DNA of 64,000 nt from an uncultured Chloroflexia bacterium (GTDB taxonomy: Bacteria; Chloroflexota; Limnocylindria; Limnocylindrales; CSP1-4). Shown in pieces: positions 60,147 to 64,000 of the stretch. Location: positions 352,001 through 416,000 of the forward strand of contig CAVVNQ010000015.1 of assembly GCA_963749705.1 (NCBI GenBank). The letters are read 5' to 3'. Position 1 is the first letter of the stretch. Each line of letters begins with the position of its first letter. The position numbers were made by a program, and so were the translations under genes. Under the pieces are notes generated by a model. It was not told the DNA's origin and did not search any database. It saw only the letters and a program-made list of their open reading frames with translations.

Positions 60147-60913
60147 CGCGCGACGAGCGCCGGGTGGCGCTCGATGCGATCGCCACCGAGGTCCGCGCCT
60201 GCACCCGCTGCCGTCTCCACGAGGGTCGCACGAAGGCGGTTCCGGGCGAAGGCGAGCCCGACACCGAGGTCGTGTTCGTCGGTGAAGGCCCGGGCTTCAA
60301 CGAGGATCGCGAGGGCCGCCCATTCGTGGGCCGCGCCGGCGGCCTGCTGGTCCGGCTGCTCGCGTCGATCGGCTGGCGGCGCGAGGACGTGTTCATCACC
60401 AACGTCGTGAAGTGCCGGCCACCCGACAACCGTGACCCGGAGCCGGACGAGATCGCCGCCTGCGCCCCGTTCCTGCGGCGACAGCTGGAGGTGCTCGATC
60501 CGGCCGTCGTGGTGACGTTGGGCCGGTTCTCGATGGCCACGTTCATGCCCGGCGCCCGGATCGGCCAGGTGCACGGCACCACGACGCCGGCCGATCCGGA
60601 GACGGGGGCCCGCGACGCGCTCGCGTTTGCGATGTACCATCCGGCGGCGGCGCTCCGATCGCCGGCCGTCGAGCGCGACAGCCTCGAGGACATCGCCCGG
60701 GTGCCCGGCGTCCTGCTCCGATCCCGCGACCTTCGATCGGCGCATACCGAACAGCCGGCGGTCGGTGCGCCCGTCGACGCCGCGCCAACCGACGCCGCGG
60801 CAACCGACGCCGCGGCGGCCACCGCGGCTGCCGCCACCGACCCGGCGGCACCGGCGAACGCCACCCTCGATGGCCGCACGGCCGACGATGCGGCCCAGCT
60901 CACCCTGTTCTGA
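60143..60913 (+). CDS. Uracil-DNA glycosylase, family 4 (Fe-S)
   Basis: CTRCRL, VGEGPG, PFVG, NVVKCRPPDNRDP, YHPAA. Confidence 0.93.
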   Translation: MTRDERRVALDAIATEVRACTRCRLHEGRTKAVPGEGEPDTEVVFVGEGPGFNEDREGRPFVGRAGGLLVRLLASIGWRREDVFITNVVKCRPPDNRDPEPDEIAACAPFLRRQLEVLDPAVVVTLGRFSMATFMPGARIGQVHGTTTPADPETGARDALAFAMYHPAAALRSPAVERDSLEDIARVPGVLLRSRDLRSAHTEQPAVGAPVDAAPTDAAATDAAAATAAAATDPAAPANATLDGRTADDAAQLTLF

Positions 60914-60937
60914 CCAATCCGTACGGACGACAACCTG

Positions 60938-62605
60938 ATGGCTGATCCCAACACGCCGCTCCGAATCATCCCGCTCGGCGGGGTGGGCGAGATCGGCAAG
61001 AACTGCTACTGCTTCGAGTACGGCGATGACATCGTCGTGATCGACTGCGGCCTGATGTTCCCGGACGAGGAGATGTTCGGCATCGACCTCGTCGTGCCCG
61101 ACGTGACGTATCTCAAGGAGAACCGCGACAAGGTCCGCGCGTTCCTCATCACCCACGCCCACGAGGACCACGTCGGCGGCCTGCCGTACGTGCTGCCCGA
61201 GTTCCCGGGCGTGCCCGTCTACGCCAGCAAGCTGGCGCGTGGCCTGCTGGGCAACAAGATCAAGGAGCACCGGCTCCACAACAACCCGCTGCGCGAGCTC
61301 GAGCCCGGGGACGAGCTGGAGATCGGCCCGTTCACCGCGATCCCGTTCCGGGTCGGCCACTCGATCCCCGATGCCATGGGGATCGCGCTCCGGACGCCGG
61401 TCGGCATCGTGGTCCATACCGGCGACTTCAAGTTCGATCACACGCCGGTCGACGGCAGGCTGTCTGACTTCCACACCCTCGCCCGCCTGGGCCAGGAAGG
61501 CGTCGTGTGCCTGCTGTCCGACTCGACGCGCGCCGAGAACCCGGGCTACACGCCGTCCGAGCGCACGGTGGGCGAAGCGTTCCGCGAGATCATGGAGCCG
61601 CTCGAGGGCCGGGTCATCGTGGCCACCTTCGCGAGCAACATCGCGCGCATCCAGCAGGTCCTCGATGCCGCGGCCGAGATGCACCGCAAGACGACGGTCA
61701 TCGGCCGGTCGATGGAGCAGAACTTCCGGATCGCGACGGACCTGGGCTACCTCAAGTACGAGCCATCCGCGATCGTCGCCAAGGACAAGATCAAGGACGT
61801 GCCCGCCGACAAGCTGGTGATCGCCACCACCGGCGCCCAGGGCGAGCCGATGGCCGGTCTGGCGCGGATGGCCAACCGGGACCATCGGTTCGTGGAGATC
61901 CAGCCGGGCGACACCGTGATCGTGTCGGCGAGCCCGATCCCCGGCAACGAGGAGTACGTCGCGCGGACGATCGACAACCTGTTCAAGGCCGGCGCCAACG
62001 TCTTCTACCACACCATCAAACGCGCCCACGTGTCAGGTCACGCGAGCCAGGAGGAGCTCAAGCTGATGCTCGGGCTCACCAAGCCGCAGTACTTCATCCC
62101 GATGCACGGCGAGTTCCGGATGCAGGTGCAGCACGGCCGGCTGGCGACGGAGACCGGCGTCCCGGCCGAGAACGTGTTCATCATCGAGAACGGGATGCCG
62201 ATCGAGATCTTCGCCGACGGCAGCGCCCGGCGCGGACAGCCGGTGGCCGCGGGGTACGTGTTCGTGGACGGGCTGTCCGTGGGCGAGGTCGGTGACGTCG
62301 TGCTGCGCGACCGGCGCGCGCTTGCGAACGACGGCATGTTCATGATCGTGGTCCAGGTCGACAAGCAGGCGGGCCGGATCGTCGGGCGGCCCGAGATCAT
62401 CACCCGCGGGTTCGTCCACGGCGCCGAGGAAGACCGGATCATCGAGGAGGCGATCCGGCGCATGCACGAGGCGGTCGACCAGCCCGGCGACCGGATCAGC
62501 GAGATCGCGATGATCAAGACGCAGATCAAGGACAGCCTGTCGCGCTTCCTGTACGAGCAGACCAAGCGGCGCCCGATGGTGTTCCCGGTCGTGGTCGAGG
62601 TCTGA
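60938..62605 (+). CDS. rnj: Ribonuclease J
   Basis: LGGVGEIGKN, THAHEDHVG, HSIPD, FASN, HVSGHA. Confidence 0.97.
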   Translation: MADPNTPLRIIPLGGVGEIGKNCYCFEYGDDIVVIDCGLMFPDEEMFGIDLVVPDVTYLKENRDKVRAFLITHAHEDHVGGLPYVLPEFPGVPVYASKLARGLLGNKIKEHRLHNNPLRELEPGDELEIGPFTAIPFRVGHSIPDAMGIALRTPVGIVVHTGDFKFDHTPVDGRLSDFHTLARLGQEGVVCLLSDSTRAENPGYTPSERTVGEAFREIMEPLEGRVIVATFASNIARIQQVLDAAAEMHRKTTVIGRSMEQNFRIATDLGYLKYEPSAIVAKDKIKDVPADKLVIATTGAQGEPMAGLARMANRDHRFVEIQPGDTVIVSASPIPGNEEYVARTIDNLFKAGANVFYHTIKRAHVSGHASQEELKLMLGLTKPQYFIPMHGEFRMQVQHGRLATETGVPAENVFIIENGMPIEIFADGSARRGQPVAAGYVFVDGLSVGEVGDVVLRDRRALANDGMFMIVVQVDKQAGRIVGRPEIITRGFVHGAEEDRIIEEAIRRMHEAVDQPGDRISEIAMIKTQIKDSLSRFLYEQTKRRPMVFPVVVEV

Positions 62606-62607
62606 GG

Positions 62608-64000
62608 GTGACCCAGCGCAGGCGCACGAGCACGCGAACCCCGAGCACCCGCCGGTCACGCTCCGGCGCGCACCGTCGCGGCGGGGCCCTGCCGCTGCCC
62701 AGGATCTCGCTGGGACTGTCGCCCGCGGTCGCCCGCTCGCTGATCGGCATCGTGCTGCTGGTCATCGGCGCGGTCACCCTGATCGCGCTGGCGCTGCCCG
62801 GCCAGGGCGCGCTGACGGACTGGTGGCGCAATCTCGCGGTCCCGTTCTTCGGGTCGGGGCGCTGGCTGCTGCCGTTCGTGCTCCTGCTGGCCGGCTGGTA
62901 CCTCGAATGGGGCCCCGGCCACGATCCTGGCGCCGCCTGGGGCCGGACGCTGCTCGGGATCGGCCTGGCCTACGCAGGCGTGCTGGGGATCTTCCAGATG
63001 ATCGCGTTCTCCGGGGAGTTCACGGGCGGCCGGATCGGACGGTTCCTGGCCGGCCTGCTGGACCCGGCGCTGACGACGCCCGGCGCGTTCGTCATCCTGC
63101 TCGGCGCCACGCTCGCGGGGCTGCTGATCGCGTTCGACCTGCCGCTGCGGACCCTGCTGGCACCGGTGGTCGGCGCCGGCCGAACGGCAGCGGCGTCCCT
63201 CCAGGACCGCGCCCCGCGTGCCTCGGCACAGAAGCCGGACCGGCGTGCTGCTGACGCACGGGCGGGCGGGGATGCCCGGGGAGCGGGCGTGGCGGCATCT
63301 GCGGCTGCCACCGGCACCGAGGGTGGTCGCCGGGGCCGCGCCGGTCGGATCCCGGCGGTCGATGCGCCGGGCCAGACCGGCATGTGGGGCTCGGAGGCGC
63401 CGTCGTCGACCAACGGCGAGGGCTCCGTGTCACCGGTGTCGGCGACGTTCGCGCCCGCGCGTCCGAACGGGTCGGCAGCCGCGGTCGCGCGGAGCGGCGA
63501 GCTTCGGGCGACCCGCGAGGCCCGGCCGGTCGAACGCGATCCGGAGGACGTCACCGACGCCTCGGACTCGCCGCCCAAGCAGGACATCGAGTGGCGCCTG
63601 CCGCGCTACGACCTGCTGGACCCCGGCGAGGCGCTCGCCCCGACCGCGAACCAGGATGCGATCCATGCCTGGAACGAGGACCGGATCATCGAGAAGCTCG
63701 CGAGCTTCGACATCGAGGCGCGGATCATCGGCCGCAACGCCGGTCCCGTGGTGACCCAGTACGAGGTCCAGCCCGCGCCGCACATCAAGCTCAGCCGGAT
63801 CGAGGCGCTGTCGGACGACCTGTCGATGGCGCTCGCCGCGCGCAGCATCCGGATCGAGGCGCCGATCCCGGGCAAGGCGGCCGTGGGGATCGAGATCCCC
63901 AACCGCGAGTTCAACGTCGTCGCGCTCCGCCGGATCCTGGACGAGGTGGACTTCCCGGCATCCGGATCGCGGCTGACGTTCGCGCTCGGCCGCGACGTCG
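62608..64000 (+). CDS. ftsK: DNA translocase FtsK/SpoIIIE, 5' part (truncated by window end)
   Basis: Manual translation: N-terminal TM helices, linker, GPVVTQYE, DDLSMALAA, IRIEAPIPGKAAVGIEIPN; no stop before 64000. Confidence 0.93.
   Translation, partial: MTQRRRTSTRTPSTRRSRSGAHRRGGALPLPRISLGLSPAVARSLIGIVLLVIGAVTLIALALPGQGALTDWWRNLAVPFFGSGRWLLPFVLLLAGWYLEWGPGHDPGAAWGRTLLGIGLAYAGVLGIFQMIAFSGEFTGGRIGRFLAGLLDPALTTPGAFVILLGATLAGLLIAFDLPLRTLLAPVVGAGRTAAASLQDRAPRASAQKPDRRAADARAGGDARGAGVAASAAATGTEGGRRGRAGRIPAVDAPGQTGMWGSEAPSSTNGEGSVSPVSATFAPARPNGSAAAVARSGELRATREARPVERDPEDVTDASDSPPKQDIEWRLPRYDLLDPGEALAPTANQDAIHAWNEDRIIEKLASFDIEARIIGRNAGPVVTQYEVQPAPHIKLSRIEALSDDLSMALAARSIRIEAPIPGKAAVGIEIPNREFNVVALRRILDEVDFPASGSRLTFALGRDV

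Overview
A very GC-rich bacterial chromosomal segment made up mostly of conserved housekeeping genes on the + strand. Order: dtd(3' end), rpmB(-), asp23-DAK2-recG-rsmD-coaD, yceD-rpmF-plsX-asp23-nusB-acpP-rnc-smc-ftsY, ffh-rpsP-khpA-rimM-trmD-rplS-rnhB-yraN, rpsB-tsf-pyrH-frr-uppS-cdsA-dxr-rseP-ispG, nusA-ylxR-infB-rbfA-nrnA-truB-ribF, rpsO-pnp, asd-udg-rnj-ftsK(5' part). Firmicute-like gene order with very high GC, short EF-Ts and short IF2 suggests Chloroflexota, but this is an inference only. Accessory genes are an exported acid phosphatase, a DUF3352-like protein, an ECF sigma/membrane partner pair, and a ~13 kb block between ribF and rpsO. That block holds xylA, xylB, a sugar ABC transporter, a ROK regulator, an oxidoreductase, and a vanadium-haloperoxidase-like gene paired with an FG-GAP/ASPIC-UnbV gene. 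The most striking observation is a PNPase with a complete DEDDh (DnaQ/RNase T-like) 3'-5' exonuclease domain inserted between its two RNase PH domains, with both catalytic residue sets apparently retained. Other oddities are FtsY with TKLN instead of TKLD, RNase HII lacking its GRG motif, clamp-binding-like QLxLF motifs on RNase HII and UDG, two probable non-canonical start codons, a RibF without a recognisable kinase domain, and a probable 1-nt frameshift in rimM. I recognised no tRNA, rRNA, CRISPR array or transposase. All family calls come from motif recognition by eye; no database searches were run.
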